In this document: positions 38,101 to 48,225 of the stretch, piece by piece
How positions within the stretch are numbered: position 1 is the stretch's first letter
How the letters are laid out: every line of letters begins with the position of its first letter
From: Emticicia sp. CRIBPO
GTDB taxonomy: Bacteria > Bacteroidota > Bacteroidia > Cytophagales > Spirosomataceae
Assembly: GCF_009905725.1 (NCBI RefSeq)
Contig: NZ_JAAAKV010000003.1
Location: 88,808-152,807, forward strand
DNA: 64,000 nucleotides
Direction of reading: 5' to 3'
Notes under the pieces: generated by a model
Told to the model about the DNA's origin: nothing
The model's input: only the letters and a program-made list of their open reading frames with translations
The model's database searches: none
Program-made: the position numbers and the translations under genes

Positions 38101-41100
38101 GAAGCCCTGATTGTGGCTTTCCCTATCCTGATATTATGGTTTATAGGGCCGGGCATTGCCTGGAAACTCAGCTTGCCGGAAAAAGAAAAAAGTTCGGGCT
38201 TAAACGAGCTGCAGGTGTCGTACCTGAACAGGCTTTCCCGCAAAACCTGGGCTTATTTCGAAACCTTTGTCAACGAAACTGAAAACTGGCTGCCGCCTGA
38301 TAATTTCCAGGAGCAACCTCACCCTGTCATAGCCCACCGGACATCACCGACCAACCTCGGCATGTCATTGCTCTCCAACCTGGCGGCGTATGATTTCGGG
38401 TACATTGGCGGAGCTGAGCTTTTGTCGAGATGCAACAACTCCCTGCAAACCATGATGATCATGGAGCGTTACAAAGGGCATTTTTATAACTGGTACGACA
38501 CACAAACACTGTCGCCTTTGCATCCGAGGTATGTTTCTACTGTGGATAGCGGTAACCTGGCCGGTCACCTGCTCACCCTGCGTCAAGGGCTGCTGTCTCT
38601 GCCTCATGATCCTGTGGTCGACAGAAAAACCTTTGAAGGGATTCTCACCACTGTCGAGATCGTCAGGGAATTATCGAAAGACCGCCCGTCTAAACTGATG
38701 GACAAAATGACAGCTGCCTGTCAGACAGCACTGTCGGAAATGAATTCCCTGAAAAAAATCTGGGGACACCTGAATGAACTTGCAGAAACCGGGAAAGAAC
38801 TGTCCCTGCACATGTCCGGAAAAGAACCGGAGGCCTATCAGTGGACTAAAAAATTGTCGCTTCAGATTGAGCATATCCGGCAGGACCTGATAGACCTTGT
38901 GCCGTGGCTGAGTGAACACGGGCAGTTTACAGCTTCCCTGCCTTTTGATGAAATACCCTCCCTGATGTCTGTTCAGGGCATATATGAAAACGGCAATGAC
39001 CTGCCCGAGTCCTTAAAAGAATGCTTAAAGGCCGGTAATATGGTAGCCAATCAGCGGATCATACTTTCTCAGCAACTGGCGGCTCAGTGTGAGGAACTGA
39101 GTGATATGGAATATGATTTTCTTTATGATAACACCACCAGTCTGCTCAGGATCGGCTTTAATGTAGATGAACTCAGACGCGACGATAGTTTTTATGACTT
39201 ACTGGCTTCTGAAGCCCGTCTGGGTATTTTTGTAGCCATAGCACAGGGAAAACTGCCCCAGGAAAGCTGGTTTGCCCTGGGCAGGTTGCTGACCGATTCC
39301 GGCGGGGATCCCATCCTGTTGTCGTGGAGCGGTACTATGTTTGAATACCTGATGCCACAGCTGGTGATGCCGGTGTATGAAAATACCCTGCTGCATCAAA
39401 CCAACAAGGCCACCGTCAAAAGGCAGATTGACTACGCAGGACAACGGGGCGTGCCCTGGGGTATTTCTGAGTCGGCTTATAACATGGTTGACGCCAGCCT
39501 CAACTATCAATACCGGGCCTTTGGTGTGCCGGGGCTTGGCCTCAAGAGAGGTCTGGAAGAAGATCTTGTCATAGCTCCCTATGCTTCTATGATGGCCCTG
39601 ATGGTTTCACCTGATCAGGCCTGCGTCAATTTACAGCATTTATCTGAAAAAGGTTTTGAGGGGGAATACGGTTTTTATGAAGCCATTGATTACACACCTG
39701 CCAGGTTGCCGAGGGGTAAGACCCACACGATTATTAACTCATTTATGGTGCACCACCAGGGCATGGGCTTATTGTCACTGGCTTATTTATTGCTGAACAA
39801 GCCTATGCAGCAGAGGTTTATGGCTGAATTGCGTTTTCAGGCCACTATCTTGCTGCTGCAGGAAAGGATCCCGAGAACCACCGTTTTCTATGCTCATACG
39901 GCTGATATTTCGGAATCTCATACCGAAACTACCGAATTGCAGATCAGGAACATCCCGACACCGAATACCCAGATACCGGAAATCCAGTTGCTCAGCAACG
40001 GCCGTTACCAGGTGATGGTGACCAACTCAGGTGGAGGATACAGCCGCTGGAAGGATATTGTGGTAACAAGATGGCGGGAAGATACCACCCAGGATAACCG
40101 CGGCATTTTCTGCTATATCAAAGATGTCAATACCGGTAATTTCTGGTCCAACACCCATCAGCCTACTTTAAAAGTGGCGAAGTCTTATGAAGCCCTTTTC
40201 TTCCAGGGACATGCGGAGTTCCATCGTGAGGATTTCGGGATTGAGACCAAAACAGAGATCGTGATTTCTCCGGAAGATGATACCGAAATGAGACGGGTAA
40301 GGATCAAAAACAAGACGCAATCGACGAAAATACTCGAGATAACGAGTTATGCTGAGATTGTCATGGCAAGCCAGGCTTCGGATGAGGCCCACCCGGCATT
40401 CAGCAATCTTTTCGTACAGACTGAGATTCTTGAAGAACATAATGCCATTCTTTGTACCCGCCGGCCGAGGTCTGAAGGCGAAACCCCGCCGTGGATGTTC
40501 CACCTCATGGATGTGCGTGGGGGTGAAGTGGAGGGCGTGTCGTATGAAACGGACCGGATGCAGTTTACAGGGCGTGGCAAAACCCTGGCTCGTCCGCAGG
40601 CTATGGAGCAGGATAAATTATCCGGAAAACAGGGCTCTGTACTTGATCCTATTCTTTCCATCCGTTACCGCATCGCCGTAAAACCTAACCAGGCGACTAC
40701 CATCGATTTGATTTACGGCATCAGCGAAACCAAAGAAGGCTGTCTGAACCTGTTGCACAAATACCTGGATCGTCACCTCAAAAAACGGGCTTTCGAATTG
40801 TCCTGGACACACTCGCAGGTGTTGCTGAGGCAGATCAATGCCACGGATGCGGATGCACAGTTGTATGACCGCCTGGCAGCTTCTGTCATTTATGCCAATC
40901 CTGTTTTGAGGGCTGATCCTGCCGTCATTCTTAATAATTACCGGGGACAGTCCGGACTCTGGAGTCATTCGGTTTCCGGTGATATTCCGATAGTGTTGCT
41001 GCATATTTATGATACGGAGAATATAGACTTGGTCAAACAGATGGTACAGGCCCATGCCTACTGGCGTCTGAAAGGCCTGGCAGTGGACCTGGTCATCTGG

Positions 41101-43806
41101 AATGATAACCATGGTTCTTACAGACAAGACCTGCAGGAGCAGATACTAGGGCTCATTTCAGCCGAATCGACGAGCCACCAGGTCTACAATAAACCCGGCA
41201 GTATTTTCGTCAAATCTGCCGACCAGCTGTCACCCGAAGACCGCCTCCTGTTTGAGAGTGTGGCCAGGGTGATTATCCAGGACGACAGGGGCACACTCGT
41301 TGAGCAGGTCAATAAACTTTCTTCGGGAAGGCCTTTGCCGCTGTTGCTTGAACCTAAGGTGCTGCAGATAACCCAGCCTGAGTCGTCGCCTGTGTCCTTG
41401 CCCAAAGACCTGCAGTTTTATAACGGCACCGGAGGGTTTTCGCCGGATGGAACGGAATATAAGATCTTCATTGATCAGAAGACTACCACTCCTGCACCCT
41501 GGGTGAATGTGGTGGGTAACCTGAACTTCGGATCGGTTATCTCGGAAAGCGGATCTTCCTACACCTGGGCCATCAACGCCCACGAATACCGGATTACGCC
41601 CTGGAGCAACGATCCGGTGAGTGATGCAGGCGGAGAGGCCTTCTATCTGAGAGATGAAGACACCGGAAGTTTCTGGTCGCCTTCACCGTTTCCTTCCAAA
41701 GGCTCTGCTCCGTATGTCACTACCCATGGTTTCGGGTATACAGTTTTTGAGCATACAGAACAGGGTATTTTCAGTGAAATGTGCACGTTTGTGGATAAGA
41801 CCTCGCCGGTTAAATTCATCGTTCTTAAAATCAGGAATCAATCAGGCAGGGAGCGTAAATTCTCTGCTACCGGTTTCCTCGAGATCATTCTCGGAGATGT
41901 CCGGTCTAAAACCAACATGCATATCCTGTCCGAGCATGATGGTCCTACGGGAGCTCTGATGTTCAGAAACCGCTACAATACAGCCTTTACCGACCGGGTT
42001 ACTTTCTTCAAAACCACCGATGCGGGTAACCTGAGCTTTACGGCGGACCGGTCTGAGTTTATAGGCCGTAACCGCAATCTGAACAATCCGCAGGCCATGT
42101 ACCGCCGGAGGCTGGCAGGAAGAACCGGAGCCGGAATGGACACTTGTGCGGCTTTACAGGTCAAATTTGATTTGCTCGAGGGCGAAGAAAAAGAAATTAT
42201 ATTCCAGATCGGCAGTGAGGAGAACGGCCGCGAAGCCCGGGCCCTGTTGCTGAAATTCTCAGAAAAAGAGGCTGTGATGCAGGCACTGGAAGACGTCAAA
42301 GCTTATTGGAAAGAGCTGACAGGGGCGGTTCAGGTGGAAACACCGGATCAGTCGCTCAACCTCCTGGCCAACGGCTGGCTGACTTATCAGAACGTAGCCT
42401 GCCGGATTTTTGCCAGAAGTGGTTTCTATCAGTCAGGCGGAGCCTTTGGCTTCAGGGATCAGCTGCAGGATGTGCTGGCCTTGCTGCACGCCAGGCCGCA
42501 GCTTACCAGGGACCAGATATTGCTCAGTGCGTCAAGGCAGTTTAAAGAAGGCGATGTGCAGCACTGGTGGCACCCGCCTGAAGGCCGCGGGGTGAGAACC
42601 TTGTGTTCAGATGATTTGCTCTGGCTGCCTTTTGTGGTGTCAAGATACGTGAAGGCCACAGGAGATAAGGACATCCTGGACGTGCAGGTGTCGTACCTCG
42701 AAAGCAGGCTTTTACAGCCGGGAGAAGAGTCGCTTTATGACCTTCCGATCAGCGGAAATGAAAGCGGCACTTTATACGATCACTGTGTCAGGGCCATTAT
42801 GCATAGTTTGAATTACGGCAAGAGAGGCCTGCCCCTGATCGGTTCCGGTGACTGGAATGACGGCATGGACCAGGTCGGTGTAAAAGGCCAGGGTGAAAGT
42901 GTCTGGCTGGGATTCTTCCTGTATGACGTGCTGATAAAGTTCTCTGAAATTGCACAAGGTAATGATGACGAGCTGTTTGCCCGCACCTGTATCAGCGAAG
43001 CGGCTATATTACAGACCAATATTGAAACTTCGGCCTGGGATGGTGAGTGGTATAAAAGGGCATGGTTTGATGATGGTACACCCTTGGGATCGAAAGAAAA
43101 CGAAGAATGCCGGATTGACGCCATCGCCCAAAGCTGGTCGGTATTGTCAGGAGCCGGCAGTGATGCCCGTAAAAATATTGCCATGGATTCACTGAACAAG
43201 TACCTGGTGAACCGTGATCTTAAGCTGATACAATTACTTGATCCGCCTTTTGACGGCTCAGGGCCTAATCCGGGCTACATCCAGGGCTATGTGCCGGGTG
43301 TGCGTGAAAACGGCGGGCAATATTCCCATGCGGCTATCTGGGCTTTGATGGCTTTTGCAGCTTTGGGCGACAGGGAGCGGGTCTGGGAATTGTTCAGCAT
43401 GATTCAGCCTGTCAATCATTCAGCGAACGAGGCCGATAAAAACATCTATAAAGTAGAACCTTATGTGATGGCGGCGGATGTTTATGCCAACGAGTCGCAC
43501 CGGGGCAGGGGAGGCTGGACCTGGTACACCGGTTCCGCCGGATGGATGTACCAGTTCATCATCGGATCGCTGCTGGGGCTTGAACTGCAAAACGGTAACC
43601 TGAAGTTTAAACCTTGTTTTCCGGAGAATTGGCCTTCTGTGAAGATCAACTATCGCTACGGAAACGCGGTATACAAAATCACCGTCTTCCAGGAAGAGGC
43701 TCCATCCTGGTGGAAAGCAGATGACCAGGAAGGGAAAGGAGATGCTTTCCCGCTGGTCGACGACGGAAAAGAGCACCGGGTAGAAATTCACATTTCACTG
43801 GGTTAA
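35164..43806 (+). CDS. Cyclic beta-1,2-glucan synthase (Cgs/ChvB/NdvB-like: GT84 membrane glycosyltransferase plus C-terminal GH94 phosphorylase domain), 2880 aa
   Basis: The size matches Cgs proteins (~2830-2900 aa). Contains an N-terminal GT-A-like region, multiple TM helices, and a C-terminal GH94 signature (FGFRDQLQD, SGDWNDG). Confidence 0.85.
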   Translation: MMKVKTGTIIDMLSHLRDYFQGDNAFRNQKNEEPFRSELYNSEQMDKHGKVLANSHKLLTGKSPDKLLKRLEDNEDTLLEVRNLLVDSIRTGKAITPAAEWLLDNFYLIEEQIVIARRHLPKGYSEALPYLSSGTSAGMPRVYDIVLEIISHSDGRVDIRSLSSFIAAYQTHKELTLGELWALPIMLRLAVIENLRRVAGKIALDMIDHNLADYWADKMIAVAQEAPNDLILITADMARSKPILASPFVAGFTRKLQGKGPVLALPLRWMEQQLSGMGINSEDLVHQENQKQAADQVSVRNSIGTLRFLEATDWRDFVESLSTVERVLRKEKAGIYPLMDFATRDKYRHIIESIAKASEYSETEVAYKVVELAESHPNGTQSSSKYAHVGYYLVDKGLAEIEKITQRKFTVGQKWSRIAAGMPLFLFLFSITLLTLSASGIMTWQAYQNGAFGWKILAGVALVSALASSQLSVSLVNWIATIVVKPTLLPRMDFSEGIPVECRTLVVVPTMLAGKKYIEELVEALEIRFLANKVENVHYGLLTDFLDSATEHTPEDEELLELASASIEALNLKYKQSDTDIFFLFHRPRKWNPKENKWMGYERKRGKLSALNALILQKSEGEFSLITGEYEILHRVKYVITLDSDTQLPRDSVWKFVATMAHPLNQAVYDPQLKRVTEGYGILQPRLASSIPQSDISLYLRMQGDVAGIDPYTQVSSDVYQDLFGEGSYIGKGIYDVSVFEEVLHDTFPENRILSHDLVEGCYTRSGLLSDVLVYEENPSRYEADVKRRHRWIRGDWQIAAWIFPFVSKSNGKLTLNKLSALSRWKILDNLRRSLIPLSLILVLLAGWTILPMPWFWTLAVTFIVLLPVMIDATWQLIHKPEDMSFRAHLKDIVKYVRNVLIRFMFDMAVLPYEAYKYTHAVIQANWRMLISRRKLLEWVPSATTSGTSNNGIWGVFGTMIITPLLALVCAYLFWRYRPEALIVAFPILILWFIGPGIAWKLSLPEKEKSSGLNELQVSYLNRLSRKTWAYFETFVNETENWLPPDNFQEQPHPVIAHRTSPTNLGMSLLSNLAAYDFGYIGGAELLSRCNNSLQTMMIMERYKGHFYNWYDTQTLSPLHPRYVSTVDSGNLAGHLLTLRQGLLSLPHDPVVDRKTFEGILTTVEIVRELSKDRPSKLMDKMTAACQTALSEMNSLKKIWGHLNELAETGKELSLHMSGKEPEAYQWTKKLSLQIEHIRQDLIDLVPWLSEHGQFTASLPFDEIPSLMSVQGIYENGNDLPESLKECLKAGNMVANQRIILSQQLAAQCEELSDMEYDFLYDNTTSLLRIGFNVDELRRDDSFYDLLASEARLGIFVAIAQGKLPQESWFALGRLLTDSGGDPILLSWSGTMFEYLMPQLVMPVYENTLLHQTNKATVKRQIDYAGQRGVPWGISESAYNMVDASLNYQYRAFGVPGLGLKRGLEEDLVIAPYASMMALMVSPDQACVNLQHLSEKGFEGEYGFYEAIDYTPARLPRGKTHTIINSFMVHHQGMGLLSLAYLLLNKPMQQRFMAELRFQATILLLQERIPRTTVFYAHTADISESHTETTELQIRNIPTPNTQIPEIQLLSNGRYQVMVTNSGGGYSRWKDIVVTRWREDTTQDNRGIFCYIKDVNTGNFWSNTHQPTLKVAKSYEALFFQGHAEFHREDFGIETKTEIVISPEDDTEMRRVRIKNKTQSTKILEITSYAEIVMASQASDEAHPAFSNLFVQTEILEEHNAILCTRRPRSEGETPPWMFHLMDVRGGEVEGVSYETDRMQFTGRGKTLARPQAMEQDKLSGKQGSVLDPILSIRYRIAVKPNQATTIDLIYGISETKEGCLNLLHKYLDRHLKKRAFELSWTHSQVLLRQINATDADAQLYDRLAASVIYANPVLRADPAVILNNYRGQSGLWSHSVSGDIPIVLLHIYDTENIDLVKQMVQAHAYWRLKGLAVDLVIWNDNHGSYRQDLQEQILGLISAESTSHQVYNKPGSIFVKSADQLSPEDRLLFESVARVIIQDDRGTLVEQVNKLSSGRPLPLLLEPKVLQITQPESSPVSLPKDLQFYNGTGGFSPDGTEYKIFIDQKTTTPAPWVNVVGNLNFGSVISESGSSYTWAINAHEYRITPWSNDPVSDAGGEAFYLRDEDTGSFWSPSPFPSKGSAPYVTTHGFGYTVFEHTEQGIFSEMCTFVDKTSPVKFIVLKIRNQSGRERKFSATGFLEIILGDVRSKTNMHILSEHDGPTGALMFRNRYNTAFTDRVTFFKTTDAGNLSFTADRSEFIGRNRNLNNPQAMYRRRLAGRTGAGMDTCAALQVKFDLLEGEEKEIIFQIGSEENGREARALLLKFSEKEAVMQALEDVKAYWKELTGAVQVETPDQSLNLLANGWLTYQNVACRIFARSGFYQSGGAFGFRDQLQDVLALLHARPQLTRDQILLSASRQFKEGDVQHWWHPPEGRGVRTLCSDDLLWLPFVVSRYVKATGDKDILDVQVSYLESRLLQPGEESLYDLPISGNESGTLYDHCVRAIMHSLNYGKRGLPLIGSGDWNDGMDQVGVKGQGESVWLGFFLYDVLIKFSEIAQGNDDELFARTCISEAAILQTNIETSAWDGEWYKRAWFDDGTPLGSKENEECRIDAIAQSWSVLSGAGSDARKNIAMDSLNKYLVNRDLKLIQLLDPPFDGSGPNPGYIQGYVPGVRENGGQYSHAAIWALMAFAALGDRERVWELFSMIQPVNHSANEADKNIYKVEPYVMAADVYANESHRGRGGWTWYTGSAGWMYQFIIGSLLGLELQNGNLKFKPCFPENWPSVKINYRYGNAVYKITVFQEEAPSWWKADDQEGKGDAFPLVDDGKEHRVEIHISLG

Positions 43807-43814
43807 AAAAGGAA

Positions 43815-43850
43815 AAGCCCTTCACATTATTTCAGTGGAGGGCTTTTTCA
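43815..43850 (+). terminator. Rho-independent terminator after the Cgs gene
   Basis: aagcccttcac-N9-gtggagggctt followed by a T-run. Confidence 0.6.
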
Positions 43851-44365
43851 ATAATACGACAGAACAAATGACCAGGTCATTTTTCTATGGTGGAAAGTTA
43901 GCGTAAGAAACAGTTGCATGAGATTAAAACGTATGACATGCTGTGCCGGTTATTCATCCTTGCCCTTACTGTCTCTTTTTGCTTTTTTATCTGCTCTTTT
44001 TTCAAGCAGACTTTTCTGGGCGTCTTTCTTTTCCCCTTTCTGAACCGTCTTTTCTTTGGCCATAATTTTTTGATTTTCTGTAAGTTAACTCTTTTTTGAC
44101 TGGTAACCTAGGTAAGATTCAGTTGAAACCCGCTCCCGGATGAATGAAAGGGATTAATGAAGGATATCCATCTTTTAATGCTGTTTTTCTGCTTCAGTGA
44201 GAGCAATGAAACGACGGTTCGCTGACCGTTAAAGAGAATTTTAATTTAGGGTGTTTTCACGGTTTTGTTTTCGTATATAAAAGTTTAAATTTGTTTAATG
44301 ATTCTGCGGTGTCTCAAAAGTGGCGTTGCCGGAAACATTCCCGACTATTATTAAACAAAAATAAA

Positions 44366-46393
44366 ATGGAAGAAAATACAGAGTTGGCCGGCCTGCAGCC
44401 GACGCCTTTTGAAAACATAGCCCTGGCTTTTTCCGGCGGAGGCTTCCGTGCCGCCTCATTCAGTCTGGGTGTCATGGGTTATTTGTATCAGCTTGAAAAC
44501 AACCGGGCTGAAAACCTGCTGGGCAAGGTAACTTTTATTTCATCAGCCTCCGGTGGCACGATCACCAATGCCTGCTATGCCCTTAGCAGCGTGAAGCAGG
44601 ATCATAGTTTCCCTTCTTTTTTCAAAGGTTTGTATGAGAATCTGAAAGAGACGGACCTGCTGGACACCGTGCTTGACAAACTGAACAATGATAAAGAATG
44701 GGTGAAGCGGAAAGATAAAAGACGAAACCTGATCAATGCTTTTTCGCTGGTTTATAATGAAAAACTGTTTGACGGGGCTGTTCTCGGGGAATTGTACCGT
44801 TCAGACTCACCGACCCATCTTGAAGAAGTATGTTTTAATACGACAGAGTTTTATAAAGGCCTCCTGTTCCGTCAGAATATAAAATTGAAGTTTGATGCGA
44901 AGTTCAGGGAAGACAGAGGGTTCAGATTCGGGAATTCTTATGTCAACCTGCCTTTTGAAACGGCCAAAAGATTAAAGATCGCGGATTTACTTGCGGCTTC
45001 TTCCTGTTTTCCGGGTGGATTTGAGCCCATTATTTTCCCGGATGATTTTACCTATTCTCCACAGGAGGAACCTGCGGGCAAACAATTGGAAGATCTTCCT
45101 TCAGGAGAACTGACCTCCGAAGAGCTGGTCAAGGGCATGTATGTCCGTCTCCAGGAATTAAGCAGACCTGAACTTGTGAGGCTCTTCGGAGAGAAAAAAG
45201 TAGATGAGATTATTTCAGCTTCAGCAGGAAAAGGAATTCTGGAAATCGAAAAGGCTTTTGCGGGTGTAGAGAAGAATAAGAATTTTAACTTTGGCATGAT
45301 GGATGGCGGTATCACCGACAACCAGGCCCTGGAAAGCCTCATGCAGGCCCACGACAGGAGGCTGGATGGCAGGACCGACTTTAAACCTTTTGACCTGATG
45401 CTGATCAACGACGTCGGGAGCCATTTCATGGAGCCTTATGTGCTGAATAAGGATAACAACCCTTACGCCGGGGTAAAAGGGATCAGTATTAACAATATTT
45501 TGTTTATATCCGGTTTGCTGGGAATCGCAGGGATAGCCGGAGTTGGTCTTTTCGGCTGGCTTATGAATCGTCAGGAGCACAGCTGGCTTAATTGGGTTGT
45601 GGCGTTTGCAAGTTCTGCCCTTATCCTGGTTTCAGCCCTGGTATTCACCATTATCCTGACCCTGAAGCAGTTTATCAAAGGCAAAGTAAACAACAAAACC
45701 GGTCTCGACCTGGACAAGAACTTCTCGCCCAGAATCGTGGAGCAGCTTTTCCAACATTTCGGAGCCACCCCTGTGATGATCATCCTGGTGATGCTTAAAG
45801 AGCGTTTTAATTCGGTACTGACACTCAATTCGGATGTTTTTCTGAAGCGGATCAGATTTCTGCTGTACAATATGGTTTTTGATCAGGATGATCCTGATTC
45901 AAAGAATAAAAAATATAAGTTCAGGATTAAAACCAATCACGTGTATGACCTGGCCTATGCCAATGATCTCTACAGGGTGAAAAATGACGAAGCTCAGCTG
46001 ACACCCGCTAAAACACTGCAGGATGTGGCACAGGCCGCCTTTGAGATGGGAACGACGCTCTGGTTTGATAAGAAAAACAGTGAAAAGGAAGTGTTGCCTG
46101 CATTGATTGCCTGCGGACATTTTACCACCTGTTATAATTTACTGGAATATATTCTGCGTATGAAGACTGTCGACAAAGGGAATAATCCTTCGTATTATTC
46201 ACAGCTGACGCCCGAAGCGAGGGCACTGGTAGATGATCTTCAGTTCAAACTTCAGCGGGATTATGCGGCGTTTAACCAGGACCCTTTCTGGTTGTTTAAA
46301 GAGAACATCGTTAAATTCGGGATGAACCCCGCGTATCTTGAAGAACTGAAGCATTTCAGCTATAACTTCAAAGATTTCAAAGGGCTGAGGTAA
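44366..46393 (+). CDS. Patatin-like phospholipase with C-terminal membrane-spanning region
   Basis: Oxyanion motif FSGGGFRAAS and a serine-lipase-like SASGG. Hydrophobic helices around residues 380-440 of the ORF. Start chosen at MEENTEL (44366). Confidence 0.7.
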   Translation: MEENTELAGLQPTPFENIALAFSGGGFRAASFSLGVMGYLYQLENNRAENLLGKVTFISSASGGTITNACYALSSVKQDHSFPSFFKGLYENLKETDLLDTVLDKLNNDKEWVKRKDKRRNLINAFSLVYNEKLFDGAVLGELYRSDSPTHLEEVCFNTTEFYKGLLFRQNIKLKFDAKFREDRGFRFGNSYVNLPFETAKRLKIADLLAASSCFPGGFEPIIFPDDFTYSPQEEPAGKQLEDLPSGELTSEELVKGMYVRLQELSRPELVRLFGEKKVDEIISASAGKGILEIEKAFAGVEKNKNFNFGMMDGGITDNQALESLMQAHDRRLDGRTDFKPFDLMLINDVGSHFMEPYVLNKDNNPYAGVKGISINNILFISGLLGIAGIAGVGLFGWLMNRQEHSWLNWVVAFASSALILVSALVFTIILTLKQFIKGKVNNKTGLDLDKNFSPRIVEQLFQHFGATPVMIILVMLKERFNSVLTLNSDVFLKRIRFLLYNMVFDQDDPDSKNKKYKFRIKTNHVYDLAYANDLYRVKNDEAQLTPAKTLQDVAQAAFEMGTTLWFDKKNSEKEVLPALIACGHFTTCYNLLEYILRMKTVDKGNNPSYYSQLTPEARALVDDLQFKLQRDYAAFNQDPFWLFKENIVKFGMNPAYLEELKHFSYNFKDFKGLR

Positions 46394-46395
46394 GG

Positions 46396-47004
46396 TCAGC
46401 CGAACAGGCTCATCTGGACAAACTGGCCCGGGTCTTCACCTTTGAACGGAAACCTTGCCCTTTCTTTGTAGGTGCCACCCGGAGCTTTTTTCAGCAGGAC
46501 CATCTCGTGTGCCGTAAAACTGGCTTCAAATGATTCTTTACGCCAATCCGGCCATACCTGCTGCAGCTGTTCCGACGCCAGCCCGCGGGCTACGGTGATA
46601 TGAGGTTTGGAGTCATAATAAGGTTTGGCCTCCTTGGAGCCTTTCACCAGCGGATTGATCTCCCTTTTCTTGCGTTCGACAATGTTCAGAATAGGGTCTG
46701 CGGTGGTGATATTGATATAGACGGTGGAGGTAGTGCTTTCGAAATTCCCGAATCCGTTTAACTGCACCTCAAAAGGCCTGGTGACGGCAGCCATCTGTTT
46801 CAGTTTTTTCATGATGGCATGCTCGTAAGTCTCATACCTCAGAAAATACATGACGGTGATATGGGCAGGTGTTATCTGGGCATTTTTAAAGCCGTAACTC
46901 TTAAACTGCTCCTTAAATGCCTGAATCTGCTGTTTCACCTCCTTAGGTTCAATAATCAGCAGATATTCATACTCAAATACCTCAACTTCTACATCAATTT
47001 CCAT
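46396..47004 (-). CDS. 2H phosphoesterase superfamily protein (LigT/ThpR-like RNA 2',3'-cyclic phosphodiesterase)
   Basis: Two H-x-T-x motifs (HITVM and HITVA) in a ~200-aa protein. Confidence 0.6.
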   Translation of the reverse strand: MEIDVEVEVFEYEYLLIIEPKEVKQQIQAFKEQFKSYGFKNAQITPAHITVMYFLRYETYEHAIMKKLKQMAAVTRPFEVQLNGFGNFESTTSTVYINITTADPILNIVERKKREINPLVKGSKEAKPYYDSKPHITVARGLASEQLQQVWPDWRKESFEASFTAHEMVLLKKAPGGTYKERARFPFKGEDPGQFVQMSLFG

Positions 47005-47304
47005 TATAATGACAGCGTTTTTTAGTACAATTTTCAGATCAGACCGATAAGCTGAATGGCAATTACAGAAGCGGATTCAAATATGCTAATTAATTTGCTG
47101 AATTCCAGCTAATTTATTTAGCTTTTTTGGGGTTTGTTAAATATTTAACATTTAATGTAAGTGTTTACCAGGTTCAGTTTCATCGCTTTCACCCAAAACC
47201 AGCTAAAAGCTAGCTGCCGATAGCTTTAAAGCCGAAATCCCTTTCAACTCTCACCATTTTCTATTTATTTTAGGCTTTATTCAACCAAATCAAATCATCA
47301 GATC

Positions 47305-48225
47305 ATGAAACGTAGAAATTTCCTGAGAAATAGCCTCGCTGTGGCCGGAACTGCCGCCATGCCTTTTGCCGAAAGCTATGCTCAAGCTCCTGAAAAAAAC
47401 AATTTTAAACTCAAATATGCTCCGCACTTCGGCATGTTCAAAAACCTGGCAGGTGAAGACCTGGTAGACCAGCTGAAATTCATGGCCGACAACGGTTTCA
47501 TGGCCCTGGAAGACAACGGCATGACGAAGCGTCCGGTAGAGGTACAGACCAAAATAGGAGAGACCCTGGCTAAACTGGGTATGGAAATGGGCGTTTTTGT
47601 AGTAGATAAAGGAGGAAACGGAGCCAATACCCTGGCTGCCGGGAAAAAAGAATACATTGATATATTCCTGAACGGCTGTAAAAATGCGGTGGAAGTTGCC
47701 AAGCGTTGCAACGCCAAATTTGTAACCGTCGTTCCGGGTGATTTTGAAAGAAACCTGCCGATCGGTGTGCAAACCGGTCATGTGATCGATGCCCTGAGAA
47801 GAGGAGCTGAAATACTGGAACCACACGGCATCGTGATGGTACTGGAGCCGCTGAGCGATTCTCCTAACCTGTTCCTTCGTACTTCCGACCAGACTTATGA
47901 AATCTGCCGTGGTGTGAACAGTCCTTCATGTAAGATATTGTTTGATATCTACCACATGCAGAAAAACGAAGGTCACATTATCCCGCACATCGACTGGACC
48001 TGGAGCGAGATTGCGTATTTCCAGATCGGTGACAACCCGGGCCGTAAAGAGCCGACCACCGGGGAGATCAATTATAAGAACATATTCAAGCATTGCTTTA
48101 ACAAACAAAAAGCCGAAGGGAAATCATTTATCTGGGGGATGGAGCACGGCAATGCCAAACCCGGCAAAGAAGGCGAACTGGCTCTGATCAAAGCCTACCA
48201 GGAGTCGGATAGTTTCGAGGTGTAG
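47305..48225 (+). CDS. Sugar phosphate isomerase/epimerase (xylose isomerase-like TIM barrel) with Tat signal peptide
   Basis: RRNFLRNS twin-arginine motif. TIM-barrel hydroxypyruvate isomerase-like sequence. Confidence 0.6.
   Translation: MKRRNFLRNSLAVAGTAAMPFAESYAQAPEKNNFKLKYAPHFGMFKNLAGEDLVDQLKFMADNGFMALEDNGMTKRPVEVQTKIGETLAKLGMEMGVFVVDKGGNGANTLAAGKKEYIDIFLNGCKNAVEVAKRCNAKFVTVVPGDFERNLPIGVQTGHVIDALRRGAEILEPHGIVMVLEPLSDSPNLFLRTSDQTYEICRGVNSPSCKILFDIYHMQKNEGHIIPHIDWTWSEIAYFQIGDNPGRKEPTTGEINYKNIFKHCFNKQKAEGKSFIWGMEHGNAKPGKEGELALIKAYQESDSFEV

Noticed and set aside
35335-43791. Numerous 60-170-aa ORFs on both strands inside the Cgs gene, and similarly inside SusC, GH2 and others
   Set aside because: They overlap a long, strongly supported CDS and are artefacts of the long GC-balanced coding region.
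43914-44099. 61-aa ORF in the Cgs-patatin spacer
   Set aside because: A hydrophobic, low-complexity translation overlapping T-rich terminator and promoter sequence. No support.
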